In this document: one piece after another, positions 50,793 to 61,189 of the stretch | Numbering within the stretch: the stretch's first letter is position 1 | Layout of the letters: the number at the start of each line of letters is the position of its first letter | NCBI GenBank assembly: GCA_000002445.1 | Contig: CP000069.1 | Coordinates: forward strand, 896,001 to 960,000 | Direction: 5' to 3' | Length of the DNA stretch: 64,000 bases | From: Trypanosoma brucei | Lineage: Eukaryota | Translations under genes and position numbers: made by a program | Notes under the pieces: generated by a model | The model's input: only the letters and a program-made list of their open reading frames with translations | What the model was told of the DNA's origin: nothing | Database searches by the model: none

Positions 50793-52271
50793 ATGGTCTC
50801 CAACGACCCCCAGTTCGCCACTGTCACCATCCTGATACGCAATGCTGACGAGGTCACGCTTCGCGTTCCTATAAAGGAGGATATCACTGTGAGAAGGCTG
50901 GCAAAGGAGGCGATGCAACGTCTGCTCGCTCGTTTACAAGGGAAACAGGAACTCACTCGTGAAACTATTTCCGTTGTGGAGATTTATGTCAACACAGCAT
51001 CCGGCAAGGCTGAGATTTTCGCTCAGGATTTAGTGTCACAGGTGGTGGCTGTGAAGGAAGAGGTGATACATATGAGGTTGCATGTAAAGGAAAACGATAA
51101 TTGTGTGACGGCCCCGGATGCAGATTCTTCATTATCAAATGCCGCTGTGGCTACAACCTCAGTGGTTGATTCCAGCGAGGCATCAAGTCGCGTAGATGAG
51201 GGCGCATCGCCTAAAACGGCTGAGAATCTACAGTCAACAAGGAAAAAGGAATGCAACAATGAAACAACCGGTGCAGATCGGACCCCGAGGATTTCGTGTC
51301 GAAATCTGAACACTACCATAGCAGGGGTTAAGCGCCATGCTTCCTTCGTGGAAGGCGAAAACAAGGATGATAATCGGAAACGAAAGGATCGTACAAAAGT
51401 TGGTGAGGCAGCAAGTGAAAAGGGTGGAAGTGATGTTAATGGCTCCGGTCCCCTCAAACTGCATACTACGCCCTCCACTGTAGTGGTTAAAAAAATAGTT
51501 GGAAAGGAAAAACACAAGAAGGAAAAGAGGACAGCAGGAAAGGTGAGGAAACCTGCAGCATCCGCGAAGGTTTTGCCAATTGAGGGATGTCGGGAAGCGC
51601 TCCGCGGTGGGAGAGAACTTCGTTTGCAGAAGCGATGGCAAGGTCATGGGACTGAGGTGAAAATTGCTGTGAGCGACCGTCTCGGATGGGGTCGGGAGGC
51701 GAGCAAATATTTTCCAGAGAATTACACCACTTCACCCGACAAGATTCCACGATTGATTCGCGAAGCAAAACGACGGGAACAGATGAGGTTGAAGGAAGAA
51801 CGAGGTAGAGCAAATCAACCAGTGGAAGTGCACAATGTAAGTGAGGCTGAAGGACGCAGAAGCGGAACCACCGAGACGCAAGTGGCTGCGAAAACACCGC
51901 AAGACCCCTCGACTTCTGCTGCACCTTTCTTGGGTGAGAAAAATTCAGACGCTGGTCGGCAATCTGGTGAAGGTTGTAGCGCGACGTGTCCAATTGTCGT
52001 GGAGCGGCAACTTTTCAACGATGGAGATGATCTTTTACACACACCTGTCTCACAGCTCGCGCACAATGAGAATCGTAGCGATGAGGTGAAGACGGAAGGT
52101 AAAGAGTTATCAAATCAGAGTGGTGGTACTCCACTCCCTCCGGGATGGGGTAAAAGCGCCATAAAGTACTTTGATGCGAAAACATATTGCGATGATCCCA
52201 CAAAAGCAAAGTTGAGTCCGGATATTTTAGCCATGCCATTACGAGCGGGACTGCGACGTTCGTGCCTGTGA
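50793..52271 (+). CDS. hypothetical protein, 492 aa, Lys/Arg-rich centre
   Basis: ATG ORF co-directional with the array. No recognisable domain. Confidence 0.5.
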   Translation: MVSNDPQFATVTILIRNADEVTLRVPIKEDITVRRLAKEAMQRLLARLQGKQELTRETISVVEIYVNTASGKAEIFAQDLVSQVVAVKEEVIHMRLHVKENDNCVTAPDADSSLSNAAVATTSVVDSSEASSRVDEGASPKTAENLQSTRKKECNNETTGADRTPRISCRNLNTTIAGVKRHASFVEGENKDDNRKRKDRTKVGEAASEKGGSDVNGSGPLKLHTTPSTVVVKKIVGKEKHKKEKRTAGKVRKPAASAKVLPIEGCREALRGGRELRLQKRWQGHGTEVKIAVSDRLGWGREASKYFPENYTTSPDKIPRLIREAKRREQMRLKEERGRANQPVEVHNVSEAEGRRSGTTETQVAAKTPQDPSTSAAPFLGEKNSDAGRQSGEGCSATCPIVVERQLFNDGDDLLHTPVSQLAHNENRSDEVKTEGKELSNQSGGTPLPPGWGKSAIKYFDAKTYCDDPTKAKLSPDILAMPLRAGLRRSCL

Positions 52272-53244
52272 GGCGTCGGGCGTCAATGTGCAGAAGCATA
52301 AATCGGAAGAAATGTGCGTGTCGGCAGAGGCTTTGTCGCTTTAACATTTCTTTTTTGTTTTTCTTTGTCCGTTTTTTGCTATTCATAACTTGTACGACTT
52401 TTTATGATGGAGATGTGACTTCCGCAGACACAAAACGTGATTCACTCTGAACACAGAAAGGGAGGTGGGTGACTCAGTAGTACGGTGGAACGGATGTGTA
52501 GAGAAGGAAAGGAAAACAAAGAAAAAAGAGAGAGTTTGTGGGGAGGACATGAACAAAGAAAAGAAATATAAATATTATTCAACACAAATTTAGATTCTTC
52601 CTATCTCCCTCTCCTTCTCTCTCCTATTTTCTTTTTTTTTATTTATTTTAATCCTTCTCTTTGCATTCACTTGGTATCTTTCTACTTACACCCTACTGGT
52701 TCAGCGGCGGATTCTATTGTTTACTGCTTACACTCAAACGCAAAATAAAAAAATAAAAAGGTATATATGAGCAAAGCCGGTGACATTTGCGAGAGAGAGC
52801 CTATTGTACTAGTCGACGAAACCGAAAGAAGAAAATCAAAAAAAAACATTGTGGTCAATGTTTATAAATATTGACATCACAACTACTTCCTTGTAACTAT
52901 TACTTGTACGACGCGCTCCTACCTAATACCAGAAGAAGAGTAAATAAAAAACAAAAAGTAAAAAATAGATGCACAAGATTCACACATCACGGATTTGTAG
53001 CCTCAACGGAAGGGGGGTCCCGCTGCAGCTTTTTTTTTTTCGTATCCTCCATACACAAACTACATTTTTACGGGTGTTGTTAAATTTTTTTCAAGTCACG
53101 TTCTGCCGCTTTCTGTTTGTTTCCCACGTTGAGAAAGTTTCTTTTTTTTTTAAATTTTCGTGTGAATTGTGTAACTGTTTGTATTTTTCAATCACACTTG
53201 TCGGTGAAGGTCAATTTGTTGCTCTGGTTCCAAACAACGTGGCT

Positions 53245-53330
53245 TCGGTGATCTTTTTCTCCTTTTTTGCTGAATGTCTTACCATTTTATTTCTGTTTTT
53301 GTCTTTCCCCAAACTTCCCCCCTTCAAAAA
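53245..53330 (+). promoter_or_regulatory. pyrimidine-rich region upstream of the 53408 gene
   Basis: cttcggtgatctttttctccttttttgctgaatgtcttaccattttatttctgtttttgtctttccccaaacttcccccctt. Confidence 0.35.
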
Positions 53331-53407
53331 GGCTAGACTGTTTCTCTCTAATTCAAAGGTGTGTGTGTTGAGGGGGAAGTGAAAATATAAGAAACATATG
53401 TTTATTT

Positions 53408-55054
53408 ATGGAAAGCACCATCATGTCTATCGAGACGGTGTGCATCAGTTTATACCAATGCTCCCCATCGCTCACGACGTGTGAAGAAAAAACAAGAAAG
53501 GAGGAAGGGGAAAGGGAAGAGGAAGTGGAAGTGGAGATATCTGTCCCTCATTTATGTGGTCACTCTTTCCGAATTGAAAAGAAGGATCATCGTGGTGATG
53601 TTCTCATACCCTTTAAAAAAGGATGTACGACTTATAGGGAGTTGGCTACAGGCCTCGCGTTCCGGCTGAATCAGTACTTTGTTGTTCACCCCTCCGACTC
53701 ACGGCAACCCCATCGGCCGGTGAGTGGATTACATAGCCGTGCCTCATCATACGGGCGTGTTGGTGCCGGTGGTAGGAACTGTGGATGTTGTTTTCGGGGT
53801 GGGTACTTTTGTGTTTTGTGTGGTGGAGAGGAAACCAGCGATGGCACAGTGCCTGGTGCGTCAACGACTGCGGAAGCCCAAGAAATAATGGAACAATACC
53901 CGCAGGTTGTGATCCGTCACTTTTTGAGGGTTTCTCAACCTGGAGGAAACGGTGATGCCCTTAGTTATGAGGTGGTGGGGGATGATTGGAAGGTGGAGGA
54001 AAGGCATATCTGCTGCTTTTTCTCCCTTGTTAGCACGAAAGGAGTTGGGGTGAAACGACCGGTTCGTACTGTTGATGGCCGTACCATCCGGCCGAAGGTT
54101 GGAAACGATCACCTGGAGAAATACGATGGGGAGTGTTCATTGGCAAGGAGTGAGAAACATGTTGAGGAGACCGGTTATATTGAAGTGAAAGCGGGTGATC
54201 GCCTGTTGCGTATCGCGTACACCGATAACCTTCTCTTCGAAGATGTGGTAGATCGGTTGAGGAGGCGAAACCTACATGTGCAGCGCCTCTTTGATGGGTT
54301 AACTGGTGCGAGCATTTTGCCGTGTGAGCTAGTAAGGCACTTCAAAGGGCGATTAAGGGCGCTCTGCGCGACCGTTGCATCCCTGTTTTCCGGGTTACCT
54401 GTGACACAAGGCGTCAGTGAGGGGGCGAAGCGCCGACGCGAGTGGAGCGATGGTTTAGATGTGGGAACAATTATTAGCGTATCGGAAGAGAGATTTTATG
54501 AGGGCAGCGGCGGGAAGGTTTTGTTGAGTAGTACCTCACCTGAGTGCGAGACGTTGGTGTACGATGAGGCGGACGGTAGCGGTTTGTGGACCGCGCAACA
54601 ATTACGGCAACAAACTGTGTTCGAAATATCGGATGACAGCAGCACAGCTCACTCACTACCGGATCCGCCACAATCCCGCGGTTCCACTCGTAGTTCCGCT
54701 GCGTCAGCAAAGTGTAGTGACGATTTCTCAAGAACGCCCCACGTCGGAGACGACATTCTTCCTTCGTTGCTTGCGGCTGAAATCACCCTCACACAGATGA
54801 AAAGAAGATCTTCAGAGGCACAGGGCACCTCCACGGACACATTATTGACTCTGAGGGATCAAGACGTCTTAGATGATAAAACATCCACCTTGAGTTGTAC
54901 GGGTGAGGATAATGAAACTGACGGTGATGCTGAGTGCGAAGTTCCATTGCCAACCAATGAAGCTGATTTCATTACAGACTCTTTTATCATGGTTACTCAA
55001 CAGACCCTTCCGGAAATCTACTTCGATAATTCTGACGAAGAAGAAAATGAATAA
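53408..55054 (+). CDS. hypothetical protein, 548 aa, acidic C-terminus
   Basis: ATG ORF co-directional with the array. No recognisable domain. Confidence 0.5.
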   Translation: MESTIMSIETVCISLYQCSPSLTTCEEKTRKEEGEREEEVEVEISVPHLCGHSFRIEKKDHRGDVLIPFKKGCTTYRELATGLAFRLNQYFVVHPSDSRQPHRPVSGLHSRASSYGRVGAGGRNCGCCFRGGYFCVLCGGEETSDGTVPGASTTAEAQEIMEQYPQVVIRHFLRVSQPGGNGDALSYEVVGDDWKVEERHICCFFSLVSTKGVGVKRPVRTVDGRTIRPKVGNDHLEKYDGECSLARSEKHVEETGYIEVKAGDRLLRIAYTDNLLFEDVVDRLRRRNLHVQRLFDGLTGASILPCELVRHFKGRLRALCATVASLFSGLPVTQGVSEGAKRRREWSDGLDVGTIISVSEERFYEGSGGKVLLSSTSPECETLVYDEADGSGLWTAQQLRQQTVFEISDDSSTAHSLPDPPQSRGSTRSSAASAKCSDDFSRTPHVGDDILPSLLAAEITLTQMKRRSSEAQGTSTDTLLTLRDQDVLDDKTSTLSCTGEDNETDGDAECEVPLPTNEADFITDSFIMVTQQTLPEIYFDNSDEEENE

Positions 55055-55441
55055 TGTCACACACGCTACTTAGTGAAAAGTTATGCGCGTTTGTTAACTT
55101 CACCATGCGACTTGGTGCTATTATATGCCCTTTGGGGTCGTGTAATGGAATTGGGCTTTGGTGCTTTGTTATTGCTTAAGTTGTGGAAAATGGAGAGAAA
55201 CTTCCTCTTTTTATGGAGTCAAAAATTTCACTCCATATTTATTTACACTTCATCCGAGCTCGTTGTGAAGTCCTCAATAATTGGCGTTGCGTGCACTACT
55301 GCTGTGCTTTCCTATTTTTTAATAATTGTAATGTTAAATATTGTACCTACTTTTATTTTGCTCTTGTGCTTCGCTTATTCTTTTTTGGCATGTTCTGCTT
55401 GCTTGGAACTATCACAGAAACAATTCCTTTGGAACTATTGT

Positions 55442-55777
55442 ATGCTTCGTAGGAAAGGATACATTGGACGACAGCTCCGACCCTCTCAACTCGCTAAGGA
55501 GTTATTGGATCCAACAGATCAGCTATGGTGCACCACGTGCCACATGGCTGTACAGAAGAAAATCTGGCAGGAGCACAAACAGTCGCGTAATCACACACTA
55601 GCTGCAGTAAAACTTAAGAAAATGAAGCGTCTTTCGCTTGATATGTGGGAAAGGCACCGCGGAGCTCCACTTCACGAGGAAAGCGGCCGCGAGGTGGACA
55701 TAGAGAAAGAGTTTCAGCGCTTTCGAGCTGAGCAAAGGGAACGGGAGGGGTATGATCGGTATTCCTCTCCACACTGA
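55442..55777 (+). CDS. small matrin/U1-type C2H2 zinc-finger protein (about 111 aa)
   Basis: C-x2-C-x12-H-x5-H finger LWCTTCHMAVQKKIWQEHKQSRNH, followed by a basic/acidic tail. The track ORF starts with GTG at 55073, only 19 nt after the upstream stop and through U-rich hydrophobic-coding sequence. The ATG at 55442 follows pyrimidine tracts. Confidence 0.45.
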   Translation: MLRRKGYIGRQLRPSQLAKELLDPTDQLWCTTCHMAVQKKIWQEHKQSRNHTLAAVKLKKMKRLSLDMWERHRGAPLHEESGREVDIEKEFQRFRAEQREREGYDRYSSPH

Positions 55778-56232
55778 CATTGCTACTGGTTGTTTTTTTT
55801 TTCCGCTGACACCACAATTTCGGATACTTGTTTGTTAGCGTTGTTTGCCTGCTTTATGGATGTTGCACCATATGTATCCGTACAAAGTTTTCTTGAGCAA
55901 ACCGGTGTGAACACAAGCGCCACATGGAGAGAGCAGAGGGTGGTTGTAGCAGTGTTGTCTGCTGCAGTTCGGTCATTCCGTCCTTCCACAGATTGCTGCT
56001 GTGCTCACTTGTTTTTCTTTACTTTTGTAGTGGCTTATTCTTTCCTTCTTGCACGGGAAGTTAGTTGTGTATTTCCGCTCGCTCATGTATGTACGTGTAT
56101 ATTCAAGTATGTGTGGATTCGTGTGTATGTGTGCCCATCTGTATTCACAGTTGTAGAAGCTCAATTATATTTCATTTCACCATTCCTCTTATTTCTTTTT
56201 TCTCAAACAATGACAGCAGCGTAACAAAAAAT

Positions 56233-56766
56233 ATGCAACAGCCGAAAGGAATCAACATCCTCATCACAGGTACCCCGGGAACGGGCAAAACCTCGCTCGC
56301 TGAGCTGTTGGTGGAAGAGTTGGAGGGATTTTCACGCATAGATGTCGGAAAGGTTGTAAAGGAGAATGAATTCTACACTGAGTATGACAAAGAGTTTGAC
56401 ACCCATGTTATCGATGAAGATGATGAAGGTCGTTTGTTAGACTTCATGGAACCAATCATGGTTCAAGGGGGAAACCATGTCGTGGACTACCACTCCAGCG
56501 AACTTTTTCCAAAGCGCTGGTTTCATCTCGTCGTTGTGCTGCGAACTTCTACGGAGGTTTTGTTCGAGCGGTTGATGGACCGTAAGTACGGTGAGCTGAA
56601 ACGTAACGAGAACATGGAGGCTGAAATTCATGGCATATGCGAAGAGGAGGCGAGAGGTGCTTACGATGAAGATATTATTATTGTGAGGGATAATAATACG
56701 CTGGAAGAAATGGCGGCGACAGTTAGTTTAATTCAGTCACGCGTCGGTTCCATTCAGGCAGTTTAG
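56233..56766 (+). CDS. AK6: adenylate kinase isoenzyme 6 (AK6/Fap7/hCINAP homologue)
   Basis: ILITGTPGTGKTSLAELL P-loop. VVDYHSSELFPKRWFHLVVVLRTSTEVLFERL aligns to human AK6 [32 protein letters not shown]. The track start at 56065 is TTG through Cys-rich low complexity; the first ATG is at 56233. Confidence 0.8.
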   Translation: MQQPKGINILITGTPGTGKTSLAELLVEELEGFSRIDVGKVVKENEFYTEYDKEFDTHVIDEDDEGRLLDFMEPIMVQGGNHVVDYHSSELFPKRWFHLVVVLRTSTEVLFERLMDRKYGELKRNENMEAEIHGICEEEARGAYDEDIIIVRDNNTLEEMAATVSLIQSRVGSIQAV

Positions 56767-56943
56767 TGACTAGCAGTAGTTTGGCATCCGTGTAAAGCTT
56801 TTGTTCGTGAGTAACGAGACTGTTAAGGTAAGAGTGTAACATGAAATAAGGGAACTAGCGATTTTTTTAATTGTGGATTTATCTACTTCAGCTTATGTGT
56901 GTCTCAAGGATTTTTCGATACTTTCTTTTTTTTAAAAAAAAAA

Positions 56944-56992
56944 TCTCTTCAATTCCTTCTCCCCCAACCCTCCTCTACTATTTTTATACTAC
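56944..56992 (+). promoter_or_regulatory. polypyrimidine tract upstream of the 57077 gene
   Basis: tctcttcaattccttctcccccaaccctcctctactatttttatact, about 90-130 nt before the ATG. Confidence 0.4.
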
Positions 56993-57076
56993 TAAACTGG
57001 TAAGCGCGAGGGGAAAGAGGACGAAGAAATTTTTACTGTGCTTATAGGGTTTGTTCTCCTTTGTTCGTAACAAATA

Positions 57077-60000
57077 ATGCCAGTTCGACAGAAGTATCCA
57101 CCGGTGGGGTGTAACATGAATGATACTGGATACCCGTTTAGAGGCGACTACAAGCTTCAACCAGCACTTAATCATGGCCATGCCGGCGCCATTCGAAAAG
57201 AGAATACGACACTGATGCTCCGCATCACAGGCTCCAATCTTGCCATAGAAAAACTACAACCAAGCAAAGGGCAAAAGTTGCAGTGCGAATTGAGTATAGA
57301 TGACGGTATTCCAAAGTCGATCAACTTCCCCTCGGGATGCGGCGTGGTGCCAGTCCCGGCGGATGGCCATGAGTACAACCTCACCGCTATCGTGCACGGT
57401 GCAGGAGTGAAGCACTACTGCAAGATGTCACTTAACGGAACGGAAGGAAAAGGTATTTTCCGACTACGTGCCCCATCGGACTCATTTGCTGCGGAAAATA
57501 TTAGGCTTTGTGCCGATGGTGATGTGATTTATCCATCTGGGGGGTGGTATGCAATTCCGATTCAGGCGAAGGAATGTTCTCTTGAGTTTGTCGGTAGGCA
57601 GGCAAGTAGACTGGTGCCGACCCAACCTTTATTTCATGCAGTGGCTGAATCCTCAACAGTTATGATCCAGTGTACCGCTGGAACTACTGATAACGCAGTA
57701 ATCTACTGCAGCGGAAGCGGAGAATCCATTAATGTTGTACAGGACCGTCCAGTTCGACTTTCCCTGGCAAGTGGACCGTTCACTTTGCTCCTCCCGCGGA
57801 CAACTCCAGGAGCGGCGCAAGTACGACCATCTCACGTGCCCAACACCCCCTTGCAGCCGCCACCATCTGATTCTTCGGTGCATCGCGTACCAGAGGTGGA
57901 AACCTCAACAATTGATTCCCCGGAAGGGCCCAATACTCCACCAATTTTTGTTACCACAGCAGATGGGTTCATGATTGAATTAACTGGTGACAATGGCACC
58001 TCAGCTGCCGGATACGGAAGAGTTCAACTTCCCCTTCCCGACAGGATGACTCACCGCGTGCAGATTAAGGTTAGTGACATGACCGGTCGGATCTACTTGC
58101 GGCAGACTGCTGTGGTACCATCAACACAACCACCTCCACTAACGTTTAGCATTACAAAAGATGCCGCAGGAGCCCATATGGTTAAGGGAAGCACGTTATC
58201 TCAGATAAGCGTTGATAATCAACCTGTTGTTAGCGGTGCTGTTGGTGCCTCCATTACGGATAATGCACGTCATGTTGTAACAGTGAGGGAAGGATCAGCT
58301 TCTGCGGTGTTCGAGGTTGTAGCACAACCAAGCGCTGCTGCTGGCCCCGTTGCAGTGCGACAGGAACCCCAACCGGCGGTTCCTTCCGGTGGGACACTCC
58401 TGAACAGTGAAACCTGGGTTAACGAACTTGCTAAGGCTTTGCAGTGCACAGACATCAATGATTGTCGTCAAGGGGTGCAAAACATTATACCAAGGAGCCC
58501 GGAGGCCACAGTGATTTTAGGGTTTGTGTCTCAGAACCTCTTCAAAGTGGTTCCTACAATTTCCTTTTCGAGGGAAGGTGACAGCGTATCTGATATTCAG
58601 TGCCCTGGACATACCATAACTGCGTCCATAAACAATGGTGCGCCGTGTACTTTGAGTGGTGTGGCGAGTATTCAAGTCCCTTCTGGTCATAAGGTTACCC
58701 TTTCTGCCCTTTCTCCCTCCACAGGTCGCGTTGTTGCCTCGTGTTGTGCACATTACCCGCCAGCGACTCAAAAGAACCTTGACGAGCACCTGGTTGCTCG
58801 TTTACTGGAGCTGTTCCAGCGATGTAGCCTTAATCCTGAAGCTGTTCTTGCAGAACTACAAAACATAACGCAACCCCAGTCAGCGGTCGGTCAACAACTT
58901 GTTTCGTACTTAATTGGATGCTTCCGTCGGTTGCTCGAGTGTTTCCAGCGTCCCATTAATTTGTTTGCTGGGGACACTCTTCCGAATGTGCAACTCCTTG
59001 CGTATGTGGATGACCAGATCCCGAAAGAACTAACGGTTGCATCTCCGGTTACAGTGTCATGCGCAAACACCAACGTCCGTGTTTCTGCTCGTGAACCACC
59101 TGCGGCGGCACTCGCAACTCGGGGTGGGGTTATTCACAAATTGGTTGAGGCGTATCGTGAGAACGCACCAACAGAACTTATGGCTCAGTTGATGGTGATT
59201 TCCCCCACTGATCCTGATGAACGTGCATTGGTTGATTTGCTCAGCCGCGTGCTGAAGGACTACGAGGCCAAACTTAAGCGGGAACGGGACAATGTGATCA
59301 GCTCGACCGCCGCAGATTATTTACAGTTTTCGTGTGACGGTGTAACCATGGAAAACATTCGCACAAGTAATCCCTGTCAGTTGAGTTTCGAGGTGGATGG
59401 AACGGGTTTCGTCGCCCTAGAGCAGGGAGGACAGATACCACAAGGTTATTCATTCCCAGCAGGTTCAACTCATTGTGTGCATGTTATTGCCCGTGATACG
59501 GCAAGTGGGGCGCTGCGCGCGGAGGCGTACATCACTTTGAAGGGAACGAAATGTGGACCATCCACTATGTCTGCGCCCCAGAACGAAGCACTGTTCCTTG
59601 ATGCGAGTGTGATGGTGGTAATGGAAGAAATACATCTAAGGTTGTTGTGCCCACCAACGCTCTCACTTAAATGTGAGGTGGATGGCGGTGGCGACGTTGT
59701 CGGCACCAAGAGCTCTGAGTTTATGGCAAGGATGAACGCCTCATCTATGCATAACGTTAATGTGCACCTTATCGACGAGGTCGGGAATGTCGTCTTCCGG
59801 CAGAGACTCGCAGTCCCTCCAATAGCAATGGTACAGTGGGCTCTACGCCTCGATAGCAATTCGCTTTACGTCGACTCCACCACCGCCTCGTGCACTTCAT
59901 TCCTCACATCTTCACTTAACAGGTGTCCCGAAAAGGAACTGAATGGTCCGCTGCAACTGGATTGCAGTGGGCCACAAACCGTCGTTTTGCGGAAATACAC

Positions 60001-60316
60001 ACTTGGGGCGGTCCAAGGAAGGACATGCGTGGGTGAAATGTATATGATGATTCCACCATTTGTCGACGCTACGCACCTGAAGGATTTGGCGCAGATATAT
60101 CGAGAGGCATCTCAACTTCAAAGTGACGAACTACAAAGGCGCCTGAATGAGGTCCGCGCTCAAGTTCCAATGGGCCTAATGAAAGACCTCATCACTGTTT
60201 TGATGGAAAATACAGCAGGTGCCTTCAACGCGAGTATTCGAAGTGTAGGTCCTGACCGCGGCCCCCGTGTTCACTTCAGGATAAGTGGCGATGAGACAAA
60301 GTTACTTAGTGATTGA
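57077..60316 (+). CDS. large hypothetical protein (1079 aa), beta-rich, no recognisable domain
   Basis: Uninterrupted ATG ORF of 3.2 kb on the coding strand. Pro/Ser-rich linker (PLQPPPSDSSVHRVPEVETSTIDSPEGPNTPP). Confidence 0.55.
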   Translation: MPVRQKYPPVGCNMNDTGYPFRGDYKLQPALNHGHAGAIRKENTTLMLRITGSNLAIEKLQPSKGQKLQCELSIDDGIPKSINFPSGCGVVPVPADGHEYNLTAIVHGAGVKHYCKMSLNGTEGKGIFRLRAPSDSFAAENIRLCADGDVIYPSGGWYAIPIQAKECSLEFVGRQASRLVPTQPLFHAVAESSTVMIQCTAGTTDNAVIYCSGSGESINVVQDRPVRLSLASGPFTLLLPRTTPGAAQVRPSHVPNTPLQPPPSDSSVHRVPEVETSTIDSPEGPNTPPIFVTTADGFMIELTGDNGTSAAGYGRVQLPLPDRMTHRVQIKVSDMTGRIYLRQTAVVPSTQPPPLTFSITKDAAGAHMVKGSTLSQISVDNQPVVSGAVGASITDNARHVVTVREGSASAVFEVVAQPSAAAGPVAVRQEPQPAVPSGGTLLNSETWVNELAKALQCTDINDCRQGVQNIIPRSPEATVILGFVSQNLFKVVPTISFSREGDSVSDIQCPGHTITASINNGAPCTLSGVASIQVPSGHKVTLSALSPSTGRVVASCCAHYPPATQKNLDEHLVARLLELFQRCSLNPEAVLAELQNITQPQSAVGQQLVSYLIGCFRRLLECFQRPINLFAGDTLPNVQLLAYVDDQIPKELTVASPVTVSCANTNVRVSAREPPAAALATRGGVIHKLVEAYRENAPTELMAQLMVISPTDPDERALVDLLSRVLKDYEAKLKRERDNVISSTAADYLQFSCDGVTMENIRTSNPCQLSFEVDGTGFVALEQGGQIPQGYSFPAGSTHCVHVIARDTASGALRAEAYITLKGTKCGPSTMSAPQNEALFLDASVMVVMEEIHLRLLCPPTLSLKCEVDGGGDVVGTKSSEFMARMNASSMHNVNVHLIDEVGNVVFRQRLAVPPIAMVQWALRLDSNSLYVDSTTASCTSFLTSSLNRCPEKELNGPLQLDCSGPQTVVLRKYTLGAVQGRTCVGEMYMMIPPFVDATHLKDLAQIYREASQLQSDELQRRLNEVRAQVPMGLMKDLITVLMENTAGAFNASIRSVGPDRGPRVHFRISGDETKLLSD

Positions 60317-61189
60317 ACAGCGCATTCGTAGAATATTTCTCTGTGTTTGCCTGTTCCCCCATTCCCTCTTTGTCTCTACTAGTAGACGCAATCGTAGTGG
60401 AGCATTTTTGTCATTACAAGAAGGAAGACGTAAAAAAAAGAGAGAGAAATAAACAATGAGGTGACATAGTAGCAAACGGGCAGATGCTCTTCAAGGCTCA
60501 CTGTCTTCTCAACACCATAGATGATGTCGTCAAGCATTTTTGAAATATCCTTCCTTTGTGTGGCATAAATGTTGTTATGCAAGAGTAAATTACAATTCAT
60601 TAGCGTGCTTACTAGCGCATCGCAAACGAAAGCAGCAATTACGGTGTTGTGGGTAAAATATAGTGTCGGGTAACATCGTTCCTGCTGGTGTTTAGATCAA
60701 TCAATATAGAACAAGGCAATACTGTTCGCTCACGAGCGGTAACTCATAAGTGTGAAGGTAAACAAAAAAAGCAAAAATTTCTGAAAAAAATTATTAGCAG
60801 AGTGTCAGAGAGCCAATATGCATTATTATCACAGGATCTGCAGTGTGTTTCCCCCCTTCTCTCATTATTTTGGTCTTTTCGTTACACTGCAGTTCGGTTA
60901 TTGCGCCGCTTAAATGACGTCTGTTTTCTTTTTTCTTTTGTATTCCACTGGCTGTGGTTGGCATTGCTTTTGACTATGACTTGCCTCCGGCTCGGTCTTT
61001 TCACATCCAAGCATCTCTAATTTATGCGAACTTCTTGCACTACTGTCAATGTTTTTTCCTCACCATTTCCTAACACCACACATTGAGGGTTCAACTACTC
61101 CGAAAAAAAAATAACGATGATGATATTGATAATGACGATGAATACATCGAAACATAAAGCATGTAGGGTGAATTTGCACAGTTTTGCTT

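Noticed and set aside
56065-56232. Cys-rich N-terminal extension (MCISARSCMYVYIQVCVDSCVCVPICIHSC...) on the AK6 ORF
   Set aside because: It starts at TTG and translates GT/TG-rich low-complexity spacer. The conserved AK6 P-loop begins right after the ATG at 56233.
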